Origin: a virus
Virus record (IMG/VR): IMGVR_UViG_3300020478_001251
Coordinates: 19,278-83,277 of that record
Length of the DNA stretch: 64,000 nucleotides
Strand: one strand, 5' to 3'
In this document: piece by piece, positions 39,901 through 47,229 of the stretch
How the letters are laid out: the number at the start of each line of letters is the position of its first letter
Numbering within the stretch: position 1 is the first letter of the stretch
The notes under the pieces: model-generated
Seen by the model: only the letters and a program-made list of their open reading frames with translations
Database searches by the model: none
Told to the model about the DNA's origin: nothing
Made by a program: the position numbers and the translations under genes

Positions 39901-41520
39901 CATATCAAAATCTTGTGAACCCGTTCCATTGGCATTTATTTTATTACCTTGATAATAATGTGTATTAAATCTTAATGTATGTGTTACATTTTTTTCTAAA
40001 TCAAAACTTGCAGAAGTTTCAAAAGTTAATTTTGTTCCATGAGCTTCATTAGAACCACTAATTAAAATACCATCTATAAATTGTGAATCATCTCGTGTAA
40101 CAACGGCATTTGATGAACTAACCCAATAATTATCTACTATACTTGAAGAATAAAAATATCCCTCATTAACAAATCCTGTTTTACTAAATGGGTCAATCAA
40201 TAATGTTGGTGATTCAATTGTAGATTCATACATTGGTTCAAAATCACCAAGTGTTCCTTTACTCTTTGCATAAATTTTTGCTTTATAAACATCACCACTA
40301 AAAGTTCTTAAATTTGCAATTGTAATATCAGCAAAAGAACGATAGTGTGTATTACTTAATGTAACATTTGGTGTTGGTGTATATGACATTGTAACATTTG
40401 GTGTTCCACCCGTATTATGAACAATATCAGCTACAACCTTTTCACCAGTATCTTTTCTTGTTATTATAAAATCATCAAGTGGAACAAGAGTATTTTGATT
40501 TTTTACTTTCTTAATTGAAGTAGTATATGTTGATGGAATTGTATAATCCTCTGATGGATATTTTGTATCATCAACCGCTGGACTATTAATTGTTAATGTT
40601 CCACCAACTAAAGCACTTGAAGCTTGATTTGAACTATTCTCATCTGAACTTTCAAGGTCATTAATTGTAATTGTAAATCTATCTTCCTCTGGAGAAGCTC
40701 TTCTAACCAATCTACCACGAGAAGAAAATGATGTATTTCTCAATGGTTCTATTTTAGATTGTCTTCTATCTTTGTATAATGATAATTGTTGACCAACATT
40801 ATCTATTCCTGAAACATCAGTACTATCAAACTCTGATTGTCCTGTAGGTCCTGTTTGATTGGCTGTTATATTTGGTGCTTTATTTACATCAACACTTCCA
40901 GTTATTTCTATTGATGCAGATGGTCTTGTTTCTTCAACGAATGGTTTTACTATTTCTGATAATGAAATTGTTGGTTGTTTATAGAAAAATATTGGTTGTG
41001 TATTTGGTAGTGTAGCATTAATAAAAACAGGTCTGATATATCTAACATTATATACACCTTGAAATTCTGGTGGTATATCATCCGTTAAATTACCACCACC
41101 TACTTCTTCTAACAAATCTTGTGGGTCTATTTCACCAGAAGTAATCTCATCTTGATTTTCATTTAAAGCAGCTATACTTTGATAATTAGGTTTTAGTTCC
41201 CCAACTATATACATAAAACCATCACCAGGAACTACATCATCATATACCTCTACTGATACACGACGAGAACCACCCTCAAGATAATTAGTTACAGCTTCCG
41301 TATAGATTGTGTTTCCACCAGCATCTAAAATCTCAACTTTTAATTCTACATTGTTTTTAAGATATGGTGAACCTGCTATAAGAAAGGAAGATTTACCTTG
41401 TGGTATCTGGTCTGGAAAGTCGTAAACATTAAAATATTGTGAAGTTAATCCCTGTTCTTCAACCAGTATATCAATGTCTTTTAATCCTTGATATTTATTA
41501 ATTCTTTTGAGAATTGCCAT
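30886..41520 (-). CDS. 3544-aa long tail fibre/spike with C-terminal peptidase S74 intramolecular chaperone
   Basis: Gly/Ser/Thr-rich beta repeats (G.IGGW/F). C-terminus SDIKFKENV...LRGVEFDWK...GFIAQEVE...LLVEAIKEQ plus coiled coil (about 30886-31218). Confidence 0.85.
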   Translation of the reverse strand: MAILKRINKYQGLKDIDILVEEQGLTSQYFNVYDFPDQIPQGKSSFLIAGSPYLKNNVELKVEILDAGGNTIYTEAVTNYLEGGSRRVSVEVYDDVVPGDGFMYIVGELKPNYQSIAALNENQDEITSGEIDPQDLLEEVGGGNLTDDIPPEFQGVYNVRYIRPVFINATLPNTQPIFFYKQPTISLSEIVKPFVEETRPSASIEITGSVDVNKAPNITANQTGPTGQSEFDSTDVSGIDNVGQQLSLYKDRRQSKIEPLRNTSFSSRGRLVRRASPEEDRFTITINDLESSDENSSNQASSALVGGTLTINSPAVDDTKYPSEDYTIPSTYTTSIKKVKNQNTLVPLDDFIITRKDTGEKVVADIVHNTGGTPNVTMSYTPTPNVTLSNTHYRSFADITIANLRTFSGDVYKAKIYAKSKGTLGDFEPMYESTIESPTLLIDPFSKTGFVNEGYFYSSSIVDNYWVSSSNAVVTRDDSQFIDGILISGSNEAHGTKLTFETSASFDLEKNVTHTLRFNTHYYQGNKINANGTGSQDFDMQVYVHQSAIDGTSLATDKWYPLGRVQDATEEQGSIPSVFNTFITPSGATVDPKLKLKFEINSGRAIISDVEVGPYSETNFNPDFFRAIVPMPHPMPKKPDKYDFLVEFYDVNNNIAETVAIAEDADFLGASFNIDGDGNLLSGSMYLGNVEGSGIEMHGGSAFIRSIGYDGFDKTIASSSGGFMMFSGSVTDQIGSAETYNGVGLEIVDAHSSTDRYLKFRTNPSTFQVVTDEFFLGQSTSTFVSGSNGNLHISSSNFEIQPDGDVIMSGTITATAGNIGDFQIVDGQISGSNITMNATRSQIYKTDAGPGSDTGAAFEQLRDEYYIDFQPSESVDKVNNYRSGYYIKMGPNFGVDKDGILFASGATFQGTITASAGLIGGFTSDDHAFSSNNIFISGSPTAGGINQDKYMFISTSKFNVKQNGDVTGSSFLLEGGTITDGVTILGTVAANSILTPATIGGSPATVANASSSITAQGHAKFVSGSIAGWEMNPQYISKALGGHSTTATSRIYLSVEADNQAQNIQQGLHIYRDDDDTTDGHVKIVRVGGLSNTTTLHHNDDYGLQVIKKDSDNNYSNIMYIGKSEQKISGFSITPVAIHSTDNSLILSGSGEITGSQVLFTGGKIGGWTLTDTTLTGGVVTLNSAGSIEVGGLSDATTVATTNSGFFADSSGNVLIKGNVSNNDYLKVSAGGSIDIKAQNFDLDATSLIMDSGTNEGKIALGGTPPTAYNSGNGFYVDGTGKLLIGSGSGDRIQFDGSNFTVQVGSLELDASNVEISSTNASMSLGEGNIILDGDNSKIKVGATTSKQVEIVGSSTQGYIATGKTSATSTTAGFWLANNNTDPEFHVGNSTDFIKFDGGNLDIQSQKLEIDASTFEVSTTESSMSLGHSVSYPQGRIILQGSGTPKVAIGTDASFISMTTGSGIYMDGAGNFKFGDDDGNVSFNSGNFSITGSDVDIQVTDLNITAAGFKLSSTDASMSLGTNEQWYANGNGASPYLSIGQSTKAYSNPGVFLGYVNAQSRPRVSFSGSAGHFLFDTGVDIKTSTLEVQTTGIEISSAHTSMSIGPGGSNPIVIQSAGNDRFIKFGSKTDFAQTTTAGFIMGMDNGEAKFDMTVGSGNNNYFRAQNSGIDIKTPNFRLDTDRLDIDSSTSRIQVYDGEGDEVIRFGEISDSASDLYGLKVYDGAGTGSSDTLLKLGGEGNEIAGWTIANETLTGGAMVIRKDGTIESSGFASNVAGSGFRLTAAQGGFLEVENAKIRGTLATAVFEKESVNAVGGQLYVANSTVLTSSAFNPSGVHASTQNTMSVVNVTGFTANEVLSLKKVSTTGFGTEYVLVQSASRDYPDSETNFSGQLFVTRSYGSGISGDSGSLGETPGTAQAYSGSQVIVSTGKINTGYIRLNANPNDETTPYMDIVERTGSAIYDVNLKARLGDLSGLSSGLLYGNTNPGFGLFTENIFLTGAITATTGSFTGIVHINTSDSEQIKMGIDVNGSNDGIYINNNNYWYTNAAFKVGSSNYYLSNDSSGNIAIQPKTFELKAGTALNGYTDLRISSTQASMSLKNNDILMQASDDSAYLRVGRNVSKALILSGSQTFGSLSSGKTSFADTTTGIWIANSNSVQQMNIGTSTQYIKFDSTSGNLQIASDDIEVTASNVDITTGTISVDATDFEIESTVPSMSLGYDTNSNAGVTFTGGSPSKIHFGPKGSAKMLLSSTTSDNYLQIGSQTFTGTEGGIIIGSDSGTSKLKVYNHASSSLVFDGTDFDLRTVSFRVVTEGFDISGTSGTGTSNFLKLGSATSVTAGEGAYLDGGGNFRVGTATSGNSFVRYNPTSEELQVKTSNLNIDTTTMDIVASGSATRLSMGASPPTNFSSNGIIISGSGYFNLQAGIGNYIRNTSSGFDLKSQNFGLDAGTIIVSSSLSSGAIKLGSSAKDITETANTGVYMDGTGKFRVGTATSGDSYLHFDGSDLDIKTGVFKLDTSNLDIDSAAGGSGSIALGSTPPTDYTAGNGFFVDGSGKFLLGNSSGDHIKWNGSTLEVEGTINITGGTGIPTDADISGSISGSYLNQFSQSMQTQVVLSSAGMDLKNAAGNATLASYGTDMTIGQTTSTNRNVYVDSDAGIQLRRGTQISASFADNLITLGPTSGQHVHIDTDSIDIKNASSVLSTFGANSTIYGGTVSFNDNTRDRIIIDSTSTRYYDEDGTIISEQKNGVLTLGGADSDDTNTVVISSSGVKSYGNTNTFFTNQSSTGFAIHAGDASNTAVSITATTSSFGPTATEHIQIDALGMRLMDGTTVRVRMNSDGLTIPDGTVTAGSSKFGINVSGNNDGLYVDSNNYAYIDSTSAFKWGGSTNYISGTPSSINIVTDNLAINTATFTASSADSGYISVGPGGNRTSMADIEGVFISGSGEFSMRSGSEYVRFMQKKNIGSTGDNFQLGIATPKFSLRDGGIMTAEDAVFAGDISATSGFFGQSTGSGWNIDGSKIRDADSSIVIDGGASPNITLKDGNYIAEIVPSFTAAASILKAGGLAYNSVTQGWTGTQTQTQTPDLDNGDSSSKSWIAGGFTGHTGESSVYANVESSVGNSPSTTNFGTYSADLTDAVYKSEAGWALWCQIKSMNVLDTTTTNWMSLGDVSYTCKTALYKSVSGGAWAVISDSIESHSGNFFTDFIPDDFTGSGGGPYYANTFKRTITRSYNHTVANDLDDYTWVIYDIVFTNNNLREEYQHSSTGKNASAGLSVTEQYSKIETMAHSPSNKKVEVTPKGIQAVFLTNATLENSDNKYFRMTPDEDKTVDIMGAVHTTGSISISELGSMSKKTVIGSDITLDYSGTGKVKAYTGNFGAVMLDHTGNYGTGNDSIQSIGTGAGGMRFYTAGAVDFAMTDSGDFHADGDIIGYSSTISDIKFKENVRPIENALLKVQKLRGVEFDWKDDFNERGHDVGFIAQEVEKVDGLEVLVKEGYLLNDDDEELTGKRVYYEKVVPLLVEAIKEQQIQIKELQSKVEKLDGNNK
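34039..34470. repeat. 24-bp exact direct repeat within the fibre gene
   Basis: ACCACTTGTTGCAGTTCCAACTCT at 34039-34062 and 34447-34470, encoding RVGTATSG twice. Confidence 0.85.
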
Positions 41521-41548
41521 CTATAAAATACTCCATTCGGGGTTCTAT

Positions 41549-41582
41549 TATAAATATCAAAATTTTAAAATTTACTATTTAT
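41549..41582. promoter_or_regulatory. back-to-back candidate promoters around a 14-bp palindrome
   Basis: TATAAATA at 41549-41556 (sense for the fibre gene), TATTTAT at 41576-41582 (sense for the + strand ORF), AAATTTTAAAATTT at 41560-41573. Confidence 0.5.
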
Positions 41583-41617
41583 TAATATATATAAAGTGTG
41601 TATAAGGTGAGTATAAT

Positions 41618-41791
41618 ATGAAAAAAAGATATAATTTCACATTAGATGAAGATGTTATGGAATGGTTAAAATATTATTGTAAAGAGAATAGAACTAATTG
41701 TTCTTCTTTTATAAATCAAACATTAGCAAAGATGAAAGGTGCTTCTCAACCCAAAGTTAAGATGTCATCAATCTCTAGCAAATCTAACTGA
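41618..41791 (+). CDS. ribbon-helix-helix (CopG/Arc-like) DNA-binding protein, 57 aa
   Basis: Below the ORF-track cutoff. MKKRYNFTLDEDVMEWLKYYCKENRTNCSSFINQTLAK... fits the beta-strand/helix/S..I RHH pattern; AAGGTGAG upstream. Confidence 0.7.
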   Translation: MKKRYNFTLDEDVMEWLKYYCKENRTNCSSFINQTLAKMKGASQPKVKMSSISSKSN

Positions 41792-44700
41792 TGAACTTCC
41801 ACTAACTTTTTTAATTTCTAATAGTGTATCAACAAAATCTCTCATAGATTCAATATGAGAAACAACCAATGAGAACTGAAATTGAGTTTTCAGATATTGA
41901 AACAATTGGTGTACAGAATTTAGATTCTCTGAATCCATTGTTCCCCAACCTTCGTCAATAGCAAGGAAGTTACTTCTTGGTAAATTACTTACATTCATTA
42001 AACCAACACGAATAGCCAGTGATGAAACAAACCTTTCCATTCCACTTGATAACTCAAGAGGCCATACTCTATCATCATCATATACGATATGAGTATCGAT
42101 TTGTTTTCCATCCATATTAAACACAATACTAAAATCAACTATTTGTGCCAAGATATCATTTACTGCACCCTCGACAGTTGGTAATGATTTACTGATTAAA
42201 TCATAAGGAACACCATCTCGTTTTATTGCCTCTAATAGATATTGATATGCCTGATGTGAATCTTCAAGTTCTTCTACTTTATTAATGTTATCATTAATTT
42301 GTTTTTCTTTGGTTTTCAATACTTGGATATCACCATGTAATGAAGTTAATTTTGAACCAACTACATCTAATTGATAATCTAAATCATCACTTTCATTTTG
42401 TAATTTATCAATCTCTATTTCTACCTGTGAATTAAACATTACATCTTGTTCTTGTGATTTTGCTCTTTCCATATCACTCTTAATAAGATTAAATTGTGTT
42501 CCGATATTCTTTTGTTTTTCTTTAGTAAGATTTATATTAGATACAATGTTATCTTGGTATCGTTGTTTTTCACTTAATTTAGTTTCTAACTCATCTAAAT
42601 CTTTTTTGAATGCACGAACCTTAAATTGTTTTTGTATCTCATCTTCCATAGTTTGTTTCTTTTGAACATATTCTTGTGCAAGAAGTTTATCTTTGTTTAA
42701 ATTCTTTTTAGTTTCTATCGCATCTAATGTAAATGGATTACTCATACAATGGTCACAATCATCATCATAAGTTAAATCACCAAGTTTCTCAATCTTATCT
42801 AATTTACTACGAACTTCTATTTTCAATTTATCAATTTCTACTTGAAATAAATCTCTTTCCTCTTCTAACTTCTCTAATTGATAATACTTCTCTTCTACAC
42901 CATCTTGTTGATAGATAACAATCTTATTCTCAATCTCTTTTACTGCCTTATCAAAATCATATTGTTCTGTTTCATATTCTGAAAGTTTTTGCTTGACATT
43001 CTCAGATAAAGTTTGTAACTTAGAGTGTTCTCCTTCGAGTACTTCTATACTTTTCAAACTATCATCTACTGGTTTTAATCTTTTAGTTTGTTCTTTTATT
43101 TTTGATAATAACTCTTTGTTTGATTTCTTTAAATCTCGTTCATCTTTCTTGAAATCTTTTTGTTTAGATTCAAGTAAAATCAAATCATCAGTTATACTTG
43201 CCAATTCACTATCGTAATCAGCCTTTTTAAAATCAGTTAAAAGTGTATTAACTTCTTTAATATCTTCTGCCGCCTGTGTATATAATTTATCAAATATCTT
43301 TAATCCCATAAATTGTGATAATAACTCTTTTCGTTCTTTTTGAGTTTTATCTATAAAGACTGTAGAATTGTTTTGTGAACTCATTGATGTAAGAATGAAA
43401 TCTTCATAATTACCAATAACCTTTTTAATGTTATTTTGTGTAGTTCTTCTTTGGTCTCCATTTAATGATATACTTTCACCTGTTTCATCTACCATCCAAA
43501 AATCTATATCAACCTTAACATGACCAGTTCTTAAATTCTTTTTACCTTTTTTCTCTATATAATAATCTATACCATCTATTTCAAAATTAACTTTACAATA
43601 TAAATTAGATTTTGCCTTATTAATAATATTATCTGCCTTATATGCTCTTGAACTTATATCAAATAAACAAAATGATAAAGCATCTAATAATGCAGATTTA
43701 CCTGTTGCGTTTGGAGCAAATAATCCAACAATACCATTTAGTTTTGTGAAATCAACTACATTGTTTTCTCCATAACTAAACATATTATCAAACTCAAATC
43801 TTTTTATTTTCCAACTTACATTTCTTTGTATATCTGCTTCTGGTATTACTCCATTTAAATCTTTTAATATATCCTTGATTTTAATCATAGTATCATCATC
43901 AACAATATAATTGTTTTTCAAATACTCACTAACTAAATCATATTGATAATCTACATTATTAACATCACCAATATTAATTTTCTTATCACGAATTTTTTCT
44001 GTTGATAATCCATCTACTCGTGTGATAACTGATTCTTGAATTTTTGCCATCTTCTGAACCTTAGTCATCAATCGTTTTAATTGTGCTGGTTTTGTATTAC
44101 TTACTCTAACACGAACTCTTGGTTTATTTGGTAAATCACTTAAATCTGGTAACTTACCATTATCAATATTAATAGTATAATAACCAAAATCATTATGTAT
44201 TTCTATATATTTAGATTTTCTCTTTGGAACATCCCATAACAAATAACCTTTACCAATATCTTCACCATGATTTTGTTGAACCAATGAACCACAATAAGAA
44301 ATAGTTTCTTCTTTATTCAAATGTTGTCGTTTGTGAATATCTCCAAGTAATCCTAAATCATATCCTTTAAACATACTCATCTTTACTTTACTTGGTAACT
44401 TGAATCCTAAATCAGTTTCACTTCTATCGACTGTTCCATGAAACAATACAACTTTAGTTCTATCACCTGGAACATCTTTTGCTTTAATATAATCTTTCTC
44501 TTTATCCCAAACATCCCATACGATAAAATCCGTATCAGCACAAGTGTAAATACCAGTTCTCTTTAGATAGTGTAAATTAGGATGATTTAAATTTTCTACA
44601 ATTGGTGATAAACAATCTAATCTATTTAAATTATTTAAATTACAATCGTGATTTCCAGCTATAATAATTGTAGGAACAATATCAGATAAGTTTTTGAATA

Positions 44701-44929
44701 ACCTTGATAACTGGTCAATTAATTCTGGTGACATTTCAGTTTTAGAATGGGCGATATCACCACCGATATATGCAACTGCATTATCTGGGTTCTTTTTTAC
44801 TGCCTCATACAATCCCTCGAATACCTCTTCGTATTCTCTATGCCGTTTTAAATTTCGGATTTGTATGTCTGATATGTGATGTATATGTTTTAACTTACGA
44901 AACGGAACTTTTATTTTCTCTTGTATCAA
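41768..44929 (-). CDS. fused SbcD/Mre11 nuclease - SbcC/Rad50 ATPase (T4 gp47-gp46-like recombination nuclease)
   Basis: Phosphoesterase GGD, GNHD, FHG, GDIH; Walker A APNATGKS; Zn-hook CDHC within the coiled coil; signature LSSGME; Walker B AIDEG. Confidence 0.92.
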   Translation of the reverse strand: MIQEKIKVPFRKLKHIHHISDIQIRNLKRHREYEEVFEGLYEAVKKNPDNAVAYIGGDIAHSKTEMSPELIDQLSRLFKNLSDIVPTIIIAGNHDCNLNNLNRLDCLSPIVENLNHPNLHYLKRTGIYTCADTDFIVWDVWDKEKDYIKAKDVPGDRTKVVLFHGTVDRSETDLGFKLPSKVKMSMFKGYDLGLLGDIHKRQHLNKEETISYCGSLVQQNHGEDIGKGYLLWDVPKRKSKYIEIHNDFGYYTINIDNGKLPDLSDLPNKPRVRVRVSNTKPAQLKRLMTKVQKMAKIQESVITRVDGLSTEKIRDKKINIGDVNNVDYQYDLVSEYLKNNYIVDDDTMIKIKDILKDLNGVIPEADIQRNVSWKIKRFEFDNMFSYGENNVVDFTKLNGIVGLFAPNATGKSALLDALSFCLFDISSRAYKADNIINKAKSNLYCKVNFEIDGIDYYIEKKGKKNLRTGHVKVDIDFWMVDETGESISLNGDQRRTTQNNIKKVIGNYEDFILTSMSSQNNSTVFIDKTQKERKELLSQFMGLKIFDKLYTQAAEDIKEVNTLLTDFKKADYDSELASITDDLILLESKQKDFKKDERDLKKSNKELLSKIKEQTKRLKPVDDSLKSIEVLEGEHSKLQTLSENVKQKLSEYETEQYDFDKAVKEIENKIVIYQQDGVEEKYYQLEKLEEERDLFQVEIDKLKIEVRSKLDKIEKLGDLTYDDDCDHCMSNPFTLDAIETKKNLNKDKLLAQEYVQKKQTMEDEIQKQFKVRAFKKDLDELETKLSEKQRYQDNIVSNINLTKEKQKNIGTQFNLIKSDMERAKSQEQDVMFNSQVEIEIDKLQNESDDLDYQLDVVGSKLTSLHGDIQVLKTKEKQINDNINKVEELEDSHQAYQYLLEAIKRDGVPYDLISKSLPTVEGAVNDILAQIVDFSIVFNMDGKQIDTHIVYDDDRVWPLELSSGMERFVSSLAIRVGLMNVSNLPRSNFLAIDEGWGTMDSENLNSVHQLFQYLKTQFQFSLVVSHIESMRDFVDTLLEIKKVSGSSSVRFARD

Positions 44930-45141
44930 GTAAACTCCTTGAGTATTTTTTTAATTTTTGGTAATTTCTTATCTTCACAAGTAACATCCCAAGCGTAAAC
45001 TTCCCCATCTTTCTTATAATAACTATCTCTGTTTATTCCCAAAAAAGATTTTATTTTATCATATGCTTCTGAATTAGTTATATACACTTTATGATATCCC
45101 TCACCAAATTTCCATATACTATAATTATCTTTGGTTTCCAT
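44926..45141 (-). CDS. small hypothetical protein
   Basis: Overlaps both neighbours in operon fashion. Confidence 0.65.
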   Translation of the reverse strand: METKDNYSIWKFGEGYHKVYITNSEAYDKIKSFLGINRDSYYKKDGEVYAWDVTCEDKKLPKIKKILKEFT

Positions 45142-46054
45142 AGATTTTCATCCTCATTAGTTCTTTAAAATTAACTTCTTTGGATGATAACACTTGATGA
45201 ATCATTTTTTTATAGCCAAGTTCACTTGGGTCTTTACCTTTCATATTAACAAAGTTTACCGAAATTCCCATCTCATGAAACCTACTTATCAAAGTTAACG
45301 AATCTTTATAAGCATCTTCATCCAACGCTATAATTATATGTTTAACTCTTTTTTCGGTTATTTTACTATATAGTTTAGGTAATAAAGTTTTGCCAAATAA
45401 TGGAATTGCATTACTTTTAATAGCGATGGCATCAAACACTCCCTCACAAAGAACAATCGGTTCATTCCAATTTATATATAAATCGAATCCGATAATATCT
45501 TTAGGAACGGGTGGGTTTTTGTATTTCATCCCACCTTTATAAAAATCTCTTCCAACGAAGTAATTTAATTGTCCATCACCATCATAACTTGGTACTATAA
45601 TTCTATTTTGATATGTTCCACTTAAACAATATCCTATATTATATCTTAATATATCTTCTTCAGTTACTCCCCTATTATACAAAAAGTTTAATGCATGTTG
45701 TTTTTGAACTGAATCACCACCATTCCATAGTGGTTTAAAATCTTTTGGTAATGATAATATTTGTTTATTATCCTTATTGGTTTTCTCTGAAGAGAAAAAT
45801 GAACCGCCAATACTATCACTTAATTCTTTATATAAACTTCTATCCGCATTTACTTGTTTAAGTAATTGAAAGAGATTATGTCCACCTTGATTACTTACCC
45901 AACAATGCCATTTACCAGTCTGAATATTAACTTGAAGTTTTTGTTTATGATGTTGAACAAATGGACTCCACCACATATATTCATTTGTTTTCTTTAATTT
46001 TCTACCCTTAGATTTAAGAGCTTTATCTAAAATATTAACTACTAATTGACTCAT
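45125..46054 (-). CDS. DNA primase (DnaG-like TOPRIM)
   Basis: NRIIVP, YFVGR, KYKNP, LCEGVFDA, ALDEDA, KDPSE. Confidence 0.9.
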   Translation of the reverse strand: MSQLVVNILDKALKSKGRKLKKTNEYMWWSPFVQHHKQKLQVNIQTGKWHCWVSNQGGHNLFQLLKQVNADRSLYKELSDSIGGSFFSSEKTNKDNKQILSLPKDFKPLWNGGDSVQKQHALNFLYNRGVTEEDILRYNIGYCLSGTYQNRIIVPSYDGDGQLNYFVGRDFYKGGMKYKNPPVPKDIIGFDLYINWNEPIVLCEGVFDAIAIKSNAIPLFGKTLLPKLYSKITEKRVKHIIIALDEDAYKDSLTLISRFHEMGISVNFVNMKGKDPSELGYKKMIHQVLSSKEVNFKELMRMKIYGNQR

Positions 46055-46461
46055 TCGATACCTGTATAATTTCTACTACTACGAATTTTCTCACCTAAAC
46101 CAGTTACTACTTCAACATTATATTTTTTAGCAACCTCTGCTTCTGCACCTATATCACCATCACCACCATTACAAAAAAGATATTCCGCACTATAACCCCA
46201 CTCTAATATTTCTATTAATGATTTACAAACTGTCTTATCTGTATCAATACTCTTCCACACTTTATCTACAACTTTAAGTGAATCAATAATTCTACATCTA
46301 TCATCTTCATTCATAAAGGATTTACCTTTTTTAAGTTTTGCTTGTTTATCATTATTAACAATAACAAATAACATATCTGCAAGTTCTTTAGATTGTTCTA
46401 AATAATCTAAATGTCCAATATGTAATGGGTCGAAGTATCCACTAACTATGGCTATTTTCAT
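46051..46461 (-). CDS. cytidylyltransferase-family nucleotidyltransferase (TagD/RfaE-like)
   Basis: SGYFDPLHIGH (HxGH), NGGD, KIRSS. Confidence 0.88.
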   Translation of the reverse strand: MKIAIVSGYFDPLHIGHLDYLEQSKELADMLFVIVNNDKQAKLKKGKSFMNEDDRCRIIDSLKVVDKVWKSIDTDKTVCKSLIEILEWGYSAEYLFCNGGDGDIGAEAEVAKKYNVEVVTGLGEKIRSSRNYTGIE

Positions 46462-46801
46462 TCTTATCCTTAATCAAATCAACAAAATCATTTAATTCTA
46501 AAACCGCATAAGTTTTACTTCTATTCCTTTTAAACACCAATACTGGTTTTCCCTTTTCACTATTGGATTCTGCCTGTTCTAATGAACTCCATATGTTTAA
46601 TTTTTCTTGATTTTTACATTCGAATGCGTATGGAATGAGTTTACGGGCTGCTGGTGATAATTGAATATCCTCACCACTTTCTCCCATTGTAGTAGATTTA
46701 ACATCATCCTCTTCTAATTGTTCTTTGAATGTTTCGAGTAGTAAATCTCTTAATGAATTTTGAAGGCGTTTACCTTTATTTTTCGCTGAGCGGGTTTTCA
46801 T
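46442..46801 (-). CDS. PD-(D/E)xK Holliday junction resolvase-like nuclease
   Basis: SAKNKGKRLQ, GEDI, FECKNQE, PVLVFKRNR. Confidence 0.8.
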   Translation of the reverse strand: MKTRSAKNKGKRLQNSLRDLLLETFKEQLEEDDVKSTTMGESGEDIQLSPAARKLIPYAFECKNQEKLNIWSSLEQAESNSEKGKPVLVFKRNRSKTYAVLELNDFVDLIKDKNENSHS

Positions 46802-46836
46802 AACTACTTATAAATATAACCTAAAATTCCCAAAAT

Positions 46837-47229
46837 TTAAAATTTATTTTTCCATCTTCTATTATATTCGTGGTGGGCCCAATTTTCGGCTCTAATTTCC
46901 CATTTATTCTTATCATATCTATCAAAACCATCCCAAACTGCCATATCACCAGCTTGAATATATTTCTTTAAAAACTTCTTTTTACCATACATCTTAACTT
47001 GTTTCGCATGATGTATTTCATGTAATACTGATACGATAAAATCCTTGACATTTGGATAACTTTTTCGTAATTTAATTATATCATTATCAAAATCATAATC
47101 TGCCTTATTCTTAGGTATGGACATAAATCTTATTTTACTTCTCAATCCATAATACTTTACTAATTGAGATGCAATATATTGAAAATCTGCTCTCTCATTT
47201 AATTGGTGGATTTCTTTAAGTGATATCAT
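46837..47229 (-). CDS. HExxH zinc-metallopeptidase-like protein
   Basis: VLHEIHHAKQ...WEIRAE zincin pattern. Confidence 0.7.
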   Translation of the reverse strand: MISLKEIHQLNERADFQYIASQLVKYYGLRSKIRFMSIPKNKADYDFDNDIIKLRKSYPNVKDFIVSVLHEIHHAKQVKMYGKKKFLKKYIQAGDMAVWDGFDRYDKNKWEIRAENWAHHEYNRRWKNKF

